From an uncultured Leptospira sp. (GTDB taxonomy: Bacteria; Spirochaetota; UBA4802; UB4802): 64,000 nt of DNA. The notes beneath the pieces are model-generated. The model did not search any database. It was given only the letters and a program-made list of their open reading frames with translations, and was not told the origin of the DNA. The number at the start of each line of letters is the position of its first letter. Positions within the stretch are counted from its first letter, which is position 1. Of this stretch, positions 41,804 to 51,787 are shown in pieces. The stretch covers positions 74,922 through 138,921 of the forward strand of contig CAZDWJ010000002.1 in assembly GCA_964509195.1 (NCBI GenBank), in the 5' to 3' direction. The position numbers and the translations under genes are program-made.

Positions 41804-43546
41804 TTAAAATAACATGTTGGGAAACTTTTTATTCAATACTTCCATCATTGCATTTTCGATGTCATATGTATTGTCCATTTGCATGAGATTATTGACCATT
41901 TCTTTACATTCCTCAACCGTAACAGAACGTATTATACGTTTAATCTGGTACATGAATGCAGAACTCATGGAAAGTTGCCTGTAACCCAAGCCAATCAGGA
42001 GCATTGTATATTTAGGTTCACCGGCCATTTCACCACATATTGAAAGAGGAATATTATTCTGACTTGATACATCAGCAATTAATTTAAGAAGGCGTAACAC
42101 TGCTAGATTCAAAGGATTGTATAGGTAGGCTATCTTTTCACTGATGCGATCAACAGCTAATGTATATTGAACAAGATCATTGGTGCCAACCGAAAAGAAA
42201 TCACAATATTTGCAGAATATATCAACATTAATTGCTGTTGAAGGAACTTCAATCATAATGCCCACAGGCAAATTTTGATTAAAGGGAACACCTATCTTAT
42301 GCAAATTTTCCATTTCATCGTAAAGGATAGATTTTGCTTTTAGAAGTTCTTCAACGGATGAAATCATGGGAAACATTAATTTAACATTGCCATAGGCAGA
42401 AGCCCGGAGTATGGCCCTGAGTTGTGGTCTGAATAGAAACTCATTTTCAAGACTGAAGCGAATAGCTCTGCATCCTAAAAATGGATTGCGTTCTTTGTAT
42501 TGTTTGGTAAACGCATAGATTTTATCACCCCCAATGTCTAGTGTGCGAATAGTAACAGGATGTGGATTAAAAAATTCGACCACCTTTTTATATTCTTCAA
42601 ATTGCTTTTCCTCATCTGGTAATGACTTGTCCAGAAAAAGGAACTCTGACCTGAAAAGACCTATACCCTGTGCACCATGGTCCAGTATAATGTTCATTTC
42701 ATCAGGAATTTCAATATTACCATAGATGTAAATAGTCTCGTTATCTAAGGTGTGTGAGGGAAGTTCTATTATGGAAGCTAATTCATTCTCTAACTGTTTC
42801 AAATCTTCGCGGTATTTTTCATATTCGCTGATTTCATCTTTGGATGGGTTGACAATTATTTTACCATGAATTGCATCAAGAATAATGGTATCGCCGTGTT
42901 TTATAAGGGATGTTGCCACCTGGGAACCAACTATTGCAGGTATTTCCAGCGCTCGTGCCATAATCGCTGTATGAGATGTTCGTCCGCCTCTATCAGTAAT
43001 AAAACCCAGCACATATTTTTTATTCATCATTGCAGTATCAGATGGTGTCAGGTCAGTTGCTATCACAATAACTTCTTCTTTTAAATCTGCAAGAGATTCA
43101 TCATGAGTTTTCTGTAAATTGTTAATAAGACGCTTGTTTATATCAGATATGTCTATAATACGTTCACGTAAATACTCATCTTCAATAGATTTTAAACTCT
43201 GAATTAATTGTAGTGAAATATCATTTAAAACCCATTCAGCATTACGCTTTTCTTTACTGATGGTTTCGCGTACTTTTTGATCCAGATACGGATCTTCAAG
43301 TACCATTAAATGGCTTTTAAAGATATCAGCCATATCATTGGATAGACTAGTAGCAATCTGCGATTGAATAGCTTTGATTTCCTCTTTTGTCTTTGTTAGG
43401 GATTCGTCATATCTTTTTATTTCTTTTTCAACCTGGTCATCGGGTATAGTGTACTTGGGAATAATAATATTGTCGCCCCTGTAAATATAGGCTTTCCCTA
43501 TTACTATACCTGGTGAAGCAATAACTCCTTCAATCGATTTTGACAT
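41804..43546 (-). CDS. ptsI: phosphoenolpyruvate-protein phosphotransferase (PTS Enzyme I)
   Basis: Active-site His context GGRTSHTAIMAR, PEP-utilizing TIM barrel with catalytic Cys (GTNDL...CGEMAG). 580 aa. Confidence 0.9.
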   Translation of the reverse strand: MSKSIEGVIASPGIVIGKAYIYRGDNIIIPKYTIPDDQVEKEIKRYDESLTKTKEEIKAIQSQIATSLSNDMADIFKSHLMVLEDPYLDQKVRETISKEKRNAEWVLNDISLQLIQSLKSIEDEYLRERIIDISDINKRLINNLQKTHDESLADLKEEVIVIATDLTPSDTAMMNKKYVLGFITDRGGRTSHTAIMARALEIPAIVGSQVATSLIKHGDTIILDAIHGKIIVNPSKDEISEYEKYREDLKQLENELASIIELPSHTLDNETIYIYGNIEIPDEMNIILDHGAQGIGLFRSEFLFLDKSLPDEEKQFEEYKKVVEFFNPHPVTIRTLDIGGDKIYAFTKQYKERNPFLGCRAIRFSLENEFLFRPQLRAILRASAYGNVKLMFPMISSVEELLKAKSILYDEMENLHKIGVPFNQNLPVGIMIEVPSTAINVDIFCKYCDFFSVGTNDLVQYTLAVDRISEKIAYLYNPLNLAVLRLLKLIADVSSQNNIPLSICGEMAGEPKYTMLLIGLGYRQLSMSSAFMYQIKRIIRSVTVEECKEMVNNLMQMDNTYDIENAMMEVLNKKFPNMLF

Positions 43547-43733
43547 ATAATTGCACCTGTTACCAGTTACTATCGCTATACTATAGTATCAAATTGAATA
43601 AAATGTAAATAAAAATATTCAATGCCGAATTGAAAAAGAAATGAATATTAATTATAAAAAACTTGTCAAGATAAATAAAAAAATTTATATTTAGTATAAA
43701 AAGAATGAGCTTAATGTGTAACATTTATAAAAA

Positions 43734-44462
43734 ATGAATTGGCAAATTACAACTGTTGTTTTTATACTGATAGCGGTGGCGATAGCTGTTGTATCATTAT
43801 TCAATGCCACATTCAATGATGTGAAGGGGGAATCGTTGCAACAGCTCCGTGAATTAATGGTAAAAAAACAGATAGAAGCCCGTGGAGTCAGAGACCCTCG
43901 TGTATTACAAGCAATGCTTACGGTGGAAAGGCATAAGTTTGTACCGGAAGTAAGCATTCCACAGGCATATGAAGATCATCCCTTGCCAATTGGTTATGGA
44001 CAGACCATCTCACAGCCGTATATTGTTGCATTGATGACTGAATTATGTGAACTTGATGGCAGTGAAAAGGTGCTTGAGATTGGCACTGGTTCGGGATATC
44101 AGGCAGCTATTTTGTCATTGCTTGCAAAGGAAGTGTATACTATAGAAATAGTTGAGCCTTTAGGAAAACAGGCTGCTTTGCGCCTTAAGTCGTTGGGATA
44201 TAAAAACGTTACCGTCAAAATTGGAGATGGCTATAAAGGGTGGATAGAACATGCTCCGTTTGATGTTATCATGCTCACTGCTGCTCCTCCGACGGTGCCA
44301 GATACATTGCTCAACCAGCTTAAAGAAGATGGAGGAATACTTGTTGCACCAGTTGGTGATTATCATCAGGAACTAGTAAAAATTATACGTAACGGCAATA
44401 ATTATTCACAGAAAGTAATAACGTATGTACGTTTTGTGCCAATGGTTCCCGCTGGTGAATAA
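43734..44462 (+). CDS. pcm: protein-L-isoaspartate O-methyltransferase with N-terminal hydrophobic anchor
   Basis: VLEIGTGSGYQAA SAM motif, PCM signature. N-terminal IAVAIAVVSLF TM/signal-like segment. Confidence 0.85.
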   Translation: MNWQITTVVFILIAVAIAVVSLFNATFNDVKGESLQQLRELMVKKQIEARGVRDPRVLQAMLTVERHKFVPEVSIPQAYEDHPLPIGYGQTISQPYIVALMTELCELDGSEKVLEIGTGSGYQAAILSLLAKEVYTIEIVEPLGKQAALRLKSLGYKNVTVKIGDGYKGWIEHAPFDVIMLTAAPPTVPDTLLNQLKEDGGILVAPVGDYHQELVKIIRNGNNYSQKVITYVRFVPMVPAGE

Positions 44463-44465
44463 TTA

Positions 44466-45512
44466 TTATGGGTAAAATGCAGGAACCATTAATCCTTCCG
44501 TTTCATCAAATCCCATAATTATGTTGGCATTTTGAACAGCGTTTCCTGACTGACCTTTGATAAGATTGTCAATCACTGAAGTTATGAAAAGTTTGCCAGT
44601 ACGTAGGTCAATTGAAGGGCGTATCTGACAACGATTTGTTCCACGAACATCGGTGGTATGGCATGAACGGTGTGTTATATGAATAAACGGTTTATCGGTA
44701 TAATAGCTCTTGTACAGTTCAAATACAGAATCATTGGTTATTGTTGCTTTTGCATCGGCGTAAATTGTAACAAGAATGCCTCTGTTCAAAGGAACAATTT
44801 GTGGAATAAATAAAATTTTGTGTTTATTTTTACTGTGAACATTTAAAATATTTTCAACTTCTACAACATGCTGGTGATGCCCTTCACGGTAGGTATTTAC
44901 ATCTTCGTATCGCTGAGGATAAAAGTTTGCTTCACCAGGATTTTTGCCTGCACCAGATACTCCTGTTTTGCCATCACAGATAATTGTTTCTGAATCGATG
45001 ATACCTTCTTCTGCCGCTGGCAGTAATCCTAAAATCATAGCTATTGCAAAACATCCGGGGTTGCCCACAATTTTAGCGTTTTTAATTTTTTCTGCATACT
45101 TTTCGGGCAATCCATATACAGTATGTGCTAGTACATCCGGTGATGAATGTTCAGTATTCATCCCTTTATTTTTTGCATACACAGTATAATCATCAACTGT
45201 GGTAAATCTGAAATCACCACTGAAGTCAATAACAGGTATATTCTTATTGTAAAATGAATGTATTATCTGCATGCCGGCTTTATCGGGTGTTGAAAAAAAA
45301 GCAATATCGATATCATCATAGTTTATATCTTCTGGTGACTGTACCATCAAATCGCAGAACCCTTCAAGATGAGGAAAAACTTCGGATATTTTTTTGCCAA
45401 CGTCCTTACGGGCAACCAGTTGTGCAATCTCAAATCCTTTATGGCGTAGAAGAATTTCAATTAATCCCAGTCCGCCAAAGCCAGTGGCGCCAACTATTAA
45501 TGCTTTTTTCAT
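44466..45512 (-). CDS. argC: N-acetyl-gamma-glutamyl-phosphate reductase (ArgC; LysY not excluded)
   Basis: N-terminal Rossmann VGATGFGG, catalytic Cys in GNPGCFA. 348 aa. Confidence 0.85.
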   Translation of the reverse strand: MKKALIVGATGFGGLGLIEILLRHKGFEIAQLVARKDVGKKISEVFPHLEGFCDLMVQSPEDINYDDIDIAFFSTPDKAGMQIIHSFYNKNIPVIDFSGDFRFTTVDDYTVYAKNKGMNTEHSSPDVLAHTVYGLPEKYAEKIKNAKIVGNPGCFAIAMILGLLPAAEEGIIDSETIICDGKTGVSGAGKNPGEANFYPQRYEDVNTYREGHHQHVVEVENILNVHSKNKHKILFIPQIVPLNRGILVTIYADAKATITNDSVFELYKSYYTDKPFIHITHRSCHTTDVRGTNRCQIRPSIDLRTGKLFITSVIDNLIKGQSGNAVQNANIIMGFDETEGLMVPAFYP

Positions 45513-45755
45513 ACTCTATCTCCTTTTAATTTGAATAAAATGAATTTACTTAAATTCAAAAACCTTCACTTTGCAATGGTAAGGAAGGGTAAGTTTCTAA
45601 CTTATAACGGTATAGGTATCATTGCAATATTTGTCAATTGCGATAAGTGATTTGATTTATGCAAGATAAAAATTTTATGTTTAAAAAAGTTATTATTGAC
45701 AAAAAAAAGTGATATATATGAAAAATACACATTATTAAAAATGCAGGGGATTATC

Positions 45756-46769
45756 ATGAAAAAATACAATGTGGTTATATTAGGTGCAACCGGAGCAGTA
45801 GGAATTGAATTCAGAAAGATATTACTACAGCGCAATTTTCCTATTAATAATATCAAATTTTTAGGAAAAACTACAGTTGGCCAAACCATAGAATTTGGGG
45901 ATAGAAAAATTACTGTTGAGCCTGTAACTGACGATGCATTCAAGGGCTTTGATATTGGGCTTTTTTCTGCTGGTGCTTCAATTAGCCGTGAAGTAGCACG
46001 CAAAGCCGCTGAGTCAGGATGCATAGTTATTGACAACAGTTCTGCCTGGCGAATGGAAAAGGATGTGCCGCTGGTTGTTCCTGAAGTTAATCCCAATGAT
46101 GTTGACTGGCACAATGGCATTATAGCAAATCCAAATTGTTCAACAATTCAGATGGTAGTTGCCCTTAAGCCAATCCACGATGTGGCTAAAATAAAGCGTA
46201 TTGTAGTAAGTACGTATCAGGCTGTTTCGGGCACAGGACTTAAGGCAATAGAGGAATTACAGATACAGGTTGCGGATATAATGAATGGTAATCCTATATC
46301 ACAGCGTAAAGTGTATCCTCACCAGATAGCGTTTAATGTGTTGCCACATATAGATGTTTTTCTAGAAAATGGATACACAAAAGAAGAAATGAAAATGGTA
46401 AATGAAACCAAAAAAATTATGGGCGATAGCTCAATACAGGTAACCGCAACTACAGTAAGGGTCCCTGTATTCCATGGTCACTCAGAATCAGTGAATATTG
46501 AAACCGAAAAGAAGATAACTCCACAGGAAGTGAGGGAACTTTTGCGAAAAGCCAAAGGTGTCACCGTGGTTGATGACCCATCAAAGAATGAATATCCTCT
46601 GGCAATTAATGCAGCAGGCAAGGATGATGTATTTGTGGGAAGAATCAGAGAAGATGAGTCAATACCAAATGGCATTAACATGTGGATTGTGTCGGATAAT
46701 ATACGAAAAGGGGCAGCACTCAATGCTATTCAGATAGCAGAGTTGTTAATTGAGAAGAAAATAGTATAA
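45756..46769 (+). CDS. asd: aspartate-semialdehyde dehydrogenase
   Basis: ILGATGAVG, NPNCSTI (active Cys) and the C-terminal dimerisation domain. ATG at 45756 follows RBS aggggatt. Confidence 0.9.
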   Translation: MKKYNVVILGATGAVGIEFRKILLQRNFPINNIKFLGKTTVGQTIEFGDRKITVEPVTDDAFKGFDIGLFSAGASISREVARKAAESGCIVIDNSSAWRMEKDVPLVVPEVNPNDVDWHNGIIANPNCSTIQMVVALKPIHDVAKIKRIVVSTYQAVSGTGLKAIEELQIQVADIMNGNPISQRKVYPHQIAFNVLPHIDVFLENGYTKEEMKMVNETKKIMGDSSIQVTATTVRVPVFHGHSESVNIETEKKITPQEVRELLRKAKGVTVVDDPSKNEYPLAINAAGKDDVFVGRIREDESIPNGINMWIVSDNIRKGAALNAIQIAELLIEKKIV

Positions 46770-46810
46770 TATGTGATGGGTATGCACTTGCGCATATTCG
46801 TCACAGTTGT

Positions 46811-48052
46811 TTACTCTGTATCAGGATATCTCAATCGTATAGATTTAAGAAAGTCATTGCATTCAAAAAATATATCAACAAGTTCAGGATCAAACTTCTT
46901 GCCGGAAGCAGCCTTAATTTCATTTAGCACATCACTTTCATCCCATGCTTCCTTATATACTCGTCGTGAAGACAGCGCATCATAGACATCAGCCAGTGCA
47001 ACTATTCGTCCAAATATTGGTATTTCTTCACCTTTTCGTGGTAACGGATTGCCTTTTGAATCTTTTTCAAGTGGCTTACCCGTATCAATATCAACATAAC
47101 CGGGGTACCCTGTTCCGTCCCAGTTTTCGTGATGGGTTAGTGCAACAATACTGGCTATCTCATCAAATTGCGATTGTGTATCTTTAAACAATCGTGCTCC
47201 AAAATAGGTATGGCTTTTCATGATATTATATTCTTCATCTGTGAAGCGTTGGGGTTTTTTTAATATCAGGTCAGATATTGCAACTTTTCCCACATCGTGC
47301 AGCATGGCAGCCATACGCAAAATGTCTCTGTTGCTTTCAATTTCTTTATCATTAATATTGTGGCGTTTGGCCCAGCGTTCATATAGTTCAATTGCATACG
47401 TTGCAACCCGGTTTACGTGAGCACCGGTTTCTTTTGGGTCACGCAATTCAGCCATACTAATCATTCTAAGTAGCAATGCGCGTGTCATCTGAGCCCGCTG
47501 CAATACAAGACTGGCATTATTTGCAAACAGCATTACTATAGGTTCATCTTCTTTCATAAATGGTATGATAGTACCATTTTTATCTTTTGCATTTAATAAC
47601 TGCAAAACACCAATTATAGAGCCATTTACTGTTTTCAATGGGATGGTCAGCATAGATGTGGTTTTGTAATTTGAAATATCGTCATAGGTAGAGTTGAATT
47701 TATACGGTACATTATTAGGTATTGCATAAACATCTGCAATGTTGAGTATATTTCCAGTAGTTGCAACAAAACCCGCAATTGAGCTGGTGTTTATTTTTAT
47801 TCGGAATGTTGTATAAATCAATTTTTGACCTGGTGGCAATCTTTTTGTAAGGGTGTCGTTTTGTACATGGCTGAAAACAAGCTCATCTTTGTCTTTGATA
47901 TATATTGAACCTGCATCTGCATTGACTGATTTTCTGGCTTCATAAAGTAATTTTTCAAGTAATATATCTAAATCCTGAATGGTATTTAGCTCACTAGAAA
48001 GTGCTATAATCTGTTCTACAGTGAGTTTGGTAGTAGTATCATTACAATCCAT
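46811..48052 (-). CDS. GAF-domain HD-GYP phosphodiesterase
   Basis: N-terminal GAF-like region, HD (MLHDVGK), HHENWDGTGYPGY. 413 aa. Confidence 0.8.
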   Translation of the reverse strand: MDCNDTTTKLTVEQIIALSSELNTIQDLDILLEKLLYEARKSVNADAGSIYIKDKDELVFSHVQNDTLTKRLPPGQKLIYTTFRIKINTSSIAGFVATTGNILNIADVYAIPNNVPYKFNSTYDDISNYKTTSMLTIPLKTVNGSIIGVLQLLNAKDKNGTIIPFMKEDEPIVMLFANNASLVLQRAQMTRALLLRMISMAELRDPKETGAHVNRVATYAIELYERWAKRHNINDKEIESNRDILRMAAMLHDVGKVAISDLILKKPQRFTDEEYNIMKSHTYFGARLFKDTQSQFDEIASIVALTHHENWDGTGYPGYVDIDTGKPLEKDSKGNPLPRKGEEIPIFGRIVALADVYDALSSRRVYKEAWDESDVLNEIKAASGKKFDPELVDIFFECNDFLKSIRLRYPDTE

Positions 48053-48278
48053 AATTGACTCGATTAAAAATATTAATTACTTTAATATACTATGAATATA
48101 ATAGAACGTCTACAATATTTTTGTAGGAAATTAATATTCAAATGTATTGTAACTATAGTATCCGTTTAAATATTATCTTATATAATATAAAATATGATTA
48201 TTCAAAATTTTAGTTGTATTTCGTTTGGTTGTCATGTAAAATAATTATATAACCGATAGTAACTATAAAGGAGGAATG

Positions 48279-48326
48279 ATGCTTATAATAAAATCAACTG
48301 TATTGTACTCTGGTGAAGGTCCATGA
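48279..48326 (+). CDS. putative 15-aa upstream ORF (MLIIKSTVLYSGEGP) translationally coupled to the DUF342 gene
   Basis: Strong SD aaaggagg upstream. Its stop overlaps the downstream start as ATGA. Confidence 0.25.
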   Translation: MLIIKSTVLYSGEGP

Positions 48327-50053
48327 AAATAACAGTTTTTTATTTTGATCCAAATGTTTCATCAATGTTTGTTGAAAAAAAAGATGAAACGGGTAATAAA
48401 TTTTATACACTTTCTTCACCGCATAATTTTGTGTACAGAGATGAAGTAGTAGCTCGTGTTATTGATGTTGATGATCCTGCTGATATTGTGTATAATTTAG
48501 ACTCAGGTTATAAATACTATAAATCCGAAAAGTTTAAGCCATTTAAAGCTGGTGATGGTATTATATTTGATTCAATCAGTGGCTGTTATCGTGCTACTGA
48601 CTATGGATTTGTTGTGTATGACCAGAGAACTTCTCGAATACAGTTAAAATCACCTCTACAGATTTCCAAAGATAAATTAAAAGCTTCATATATAATTTTC
48701 CCAACTAAATTTATGAAACTTCCAGTATATAAGGATATTGAACAACAGCTTCTTGCAAATAAAATTGTAGGCATTTTAGATAAAAGTGAAATTGAATCAC
48801 AACTAAATGAGATTGATCCTCATAATCCAAAAGTTCACAGAATTATCGTTGCTCGCGGAAAGGAACCCATGGATGGTTATGAAGATTATTTTATCCCACT
48901 TATACAGATAGAAAAAAAGGCGGGCAAGCTTTTAGATGATGGAAGAATTGATTTTAAAGAGGTTGGTGCCATTATTGAGATTAAAAAGGGTCAGGAAGTT
49001 TTACAAAAAATACCAGGTGTAAAGCCGGAGGATGGATTTGATATCTATGGTGAAAAAGTAGCTGCAACTATTGTTCAGAAAGATGGCTTTTATCCGGGTG
49101 AAAATATAATCCCATCTGATACAAACCCCTTAATATTTGTTTCACAGATAGATGGGTGCTTAGATGTTGAAGGCAAAACACTGTCAGTATTGCCAGTGGC
49201 AATTATTAAAGGTGACGTGAACTATGAATCAGGCAATATAGATTTTGATGGAGCAGTCCAGATTATGGGTTCTGTATTACCAGGATTTACTGTGAACGCT
49301 TCGGGCGATATTTATGTTGATAAAACTGTTGATGATGCAAAACTTACAGCAAATGGCAATATAATGGTCAAATTGGGTATAGGCGGAAAAGGGGAGGCAA
49401 AAATTATTGCTGGTGGCTCAGTAAAAGCAAAATTTGTTTTAAATTCAAATATTGAAGCATTAGGAAAGATTGAAATTGAAGATTCAATAATAAACAGCAC
49501 TGTATTTTCAAATGATGCTGTAATTGTTACTGGAAGGCACGGGAAAATTATTGGTGGTGAGACAACTGCTCGACATGAAATTGTAGTTAATGTAGCAGGT
49601 TCACAATTGCAGAATGTTACAAAGCTCACTGCAGGTAAAAGTTTGATTGTTGAACGGGAGCTTGCTGAATTGCGGAAACAAATGGAAAACTATAAAGCAA
49701 ATGTAGAAGAAATTCTAAAAAAAATTAAAAACAGTTTTGGTGAGGGTGTCTTTGAAAATCCAAAAGAATTTTTGAATATTCTACCACCAGTTAAAAAGAA
49801 GAATTGTTTATTATTATTAAAAGAGTTATCGGATAACAATCGACAATTAAAGATGTTATTGGATCAAAGAGAAGAAATTGAAAAAAAATATAAATTAGAA
49901 AAAGAACCATCAATAAGTATAACTGATATTGCATATCCTGGTGTTATTATAACGATTAAACGTAGTAAATTGCAGATAGAAAAAGCAATGCAGAACACCA
50001 AGTTTTATGAAGATAATGAAACAAAAAGAGTTGTTTTTACATCGGCAGTATAA
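48323..50053 (+). CDS. FapA/DUF342 family protein
   Basis: 576 aa. Central beta-helix-like repeats (GDI.VD, GNI.V, G.V.AK), C-terminal coiled coil, typical DUF342 architecture. Confidence 0.7.
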   Translation: MKITVFYFDPNVSSMFVEKKDETGNKFYTLSSPHNFVYRDEVVARVIDVDDPADIVYNLDSGYKYYKSEKFKPFKAGDGIIFDSISGCYRATDYGFVVYDQRTSRIQLKSPLQISKDKLKASYIIFPTKFMKLPVYKDIEQQLLANKIVGILDKSEIESQLNEIDPHNPKVHRIIVARGKEPMDGYEDYFIPLIQIEKKAGKLLDDGRIDFKEVGAIIEIKKGQEVLQKIPGVKPEDGFDIYGEKVAATIVQKDGFYPGENIIPSDTNPLIFVSQIDGCLDVEGKTLSVLPVAIIKGDVNYESGNIDFDGAVQIMGSVLPGFTVNASGDIYVDKTVDDAKLTANGNIMVKLGIGGKGEAKIIAGGSVKAKFVLNSNIEALGKIEIEDSIINSTVFSNDAVIVTGRHGKIIGGETTARHEIVVNVAGSQLQNVTKLTAGKSLIVERELAELRKQMENYKANVEEILKKIKNSFGEGVFENPKEFLNILPPVKKKNCLLLLKELSDNNRQLKMLLDQREEIEKKYKLEKEPSISITDIAYPGVIITIKRSKLQIEKAMQNTKFYEDNETKRVVFTSAV

Positions 50054-50217
50054 TATAAAATTTGGAATAATAATTATTTAACAATAAAATTAGATATTTG
50101 CAAAAAAAATATATATATTATAAACGTCCAATATTTTATATTAATGCTTAAAATATTTGACAAATATTTGTGATATACTATCAGTGTGCAAATCAAATAA
50201 TTATGGAGGCTTTTATT

Positions 50218-50385
50218 ATGAGTATGCCAGGACTTCCGGAATTACTTATAATATTTTTTATAGTTTTGATAATTTTTGGTGCAGGGAAAATACCAAAAAT
50301 TGCAAAGGATATTGGGTCAGGCATAAAAGAATTCAAAAAAGCTATGAATTCAGACGATGATGCTAAGGATGAAAAAAAATCCTAA
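50218..50385 (+). CDS. tatA: twin-arginine translocase subunit TatA/E
   Basis: MPGLPELLIIFFIVLIIFGAGKIPKIAKDIGSGIKEFKKA: TM helix, FG-hinge, amphipathic helix. RBS ggagg 8 nt upstream of the ATG at 50218. Confidence 0.8.
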   Translation: MSMPGLPELLIIFFIVLIIFGAGKIPKIAKDIGSGIKEFKKAMNSDDDAKDEKKS

Positions 50386-50405
50386 AAAAAGTAATATATT
50401 TACAA

Positions 50406-50556
50406 GGGGCTATCTCAAAAGTGGTCGTTAAGTAAATTTCACAAATATCAGGTAATAAATTACGCTCATTTTGATAAAATTTTGCCACAAAATGTGGCAA
50501 AATAACTTAAATAATAGTGGCGAAATTTGTATCAAAATGACTTTTGAAATAGCCCC
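50406..50556. repeat. 150-bp MITE/REP-like element with terminal inverted repeats, copy B
   Basis: Roughly 75% identical to 9260-9409. Ends ggggctatctc...gaaatagcccc. Central hairpin ccaca-aaaa-tgtgg. Begins 20 nt after the tatA stop. Confidence 0.6.
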
Positions 50557-50708
50557 TTGCTCAGATGGAAATTTACAGATAGTTGAAAAATAGTTAAAAA
50601 AAAGTTAAAAAAGTAGCTCTAGTATTTGTATTAACCAACCCTTTTGTGATTGCAATATAGTGTGCATATATTAATTATCAGATTGTACCATTCTTAATAT
50701 TCTATCCA

Positions 50709-51764
50709 GTGAAAAGTATGAAGCGTTTTATTAAGAATTATACTCTTGAGGAAGTAGAATCATTATTTGCAGCGATTGGTGAAAAGAGCTATCGTGCAAA
50801 ACAATTATTCAACTGGCTTTATGAGCGTAATGTTGATAATTTTTTTGATATAACAAACTTTTCCAGAGAGCTGCGGAGTTATCTCAATGAACATTACGAG
50901 ATATCCCCTTTAACATTGGTTGATCGAAAAAAATCAAATGTCGATGGTACCGAAAAATTATTGTTTAAAACGTTTGATAACCATTTTATTGAATCCGTAT
51001 TTATTCGTAATGACGGCACTGATGAAGGAAGACTGACAGTTTGTGTATCAAGCCAGATTGGGTGCACAATGGGATGTGCATTCTGTGAAACCGCAAAAAT
51101 TGGCTTTAAACGCAATTTAGAAACTGCTGAGATACTGGACCAGATAAATCAGGTGAGGCGTTTAACGGGATTAAAAAACAATAATGTTGTGTTTATGGGA
51201 ATGGGTGAGCCATTCCTTAATTATGATAACGTATTGAAAGCAGCTGATATTATGAACTATACATTTGGCTTTCATATCTCTGCTAGAAAAATTACTATCT
51301 CAACGTGTGGTATTTATGAAGGAATTGAACGATTTATCGATGAAAAACGTGCTTATAATTTAGCGATATCCTTAAATGATACTGATATGGCAAAACGTAA
51401 AAAGCATATGCCAGTTGAAAAAAAATATCCAATGCATTCAATTATCAAATTACTGGAGCACAAATTTCCTGCATCGCGAAACAGGGTGACAATAGAATAT
51501 GTAATGCGGAAAGATAATATTGGGGAAGAAGATGCAATGAGATTAAAAACAATGTTTAAATATAACAGGATTAAGCTGAATCTCATACCGTTGAATAAAG
51601 GCCGTCATAACCTTGAAGTCCCTACTGAAGAAGAAATAAATAAATTTATAAAAAGGCTTGAAATTATGAATATACCCATTTCTATAAGAAAAAGTGCAGG
51701 AAGCGATATAGATGGTGCTTGTGGTCAGCTTTCAGGTAAGCACTATTCAAACGATGCAATGTGA
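50709..51764 (+). CDS. rlmN: 23S rRNA/tRNA adenine-C2 methyltransferase, radical SAM (RlmN/Cfr family)
   Basis: Radical SAM CTMGCAFC, conserved C-terminal Cys GACGQL. 351 aa. Confidence 0.85.
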   Translation: MKSMKRFIKNYTLEEVESLFAAIGEKSYRAKQLFNWLYERNVDNFFDITNFSRELRSYLNEHYEISPLTLVDRKKSNVDGTEKLLFKTFDNHFIESVFIRNDGTDEGRLTVCVSSQIGCTMGCAFCETAKIGFKRNLETAEILDQINQVRRLTGLKNNNVVFMGMGEPFLNYDNVLKAADIMNYTFGFHISARKITISTCGIYEGIERFIDEKRAYNLAISLNDTDMAKRKKHMPVEKKYPMHSIIKLLEHKFPASRNRVTIEYVMRKDNIGEEDAMRLKTMFKYNRIKLNLIPLNKGRHNLEVPTEEEINKFIKRLEIMNIPISIRKSAGSDIDGACGQLSGKHYSNDAM

Positions 51765-51787
51765 AAAATAAATAAAAGGCGAAAACT

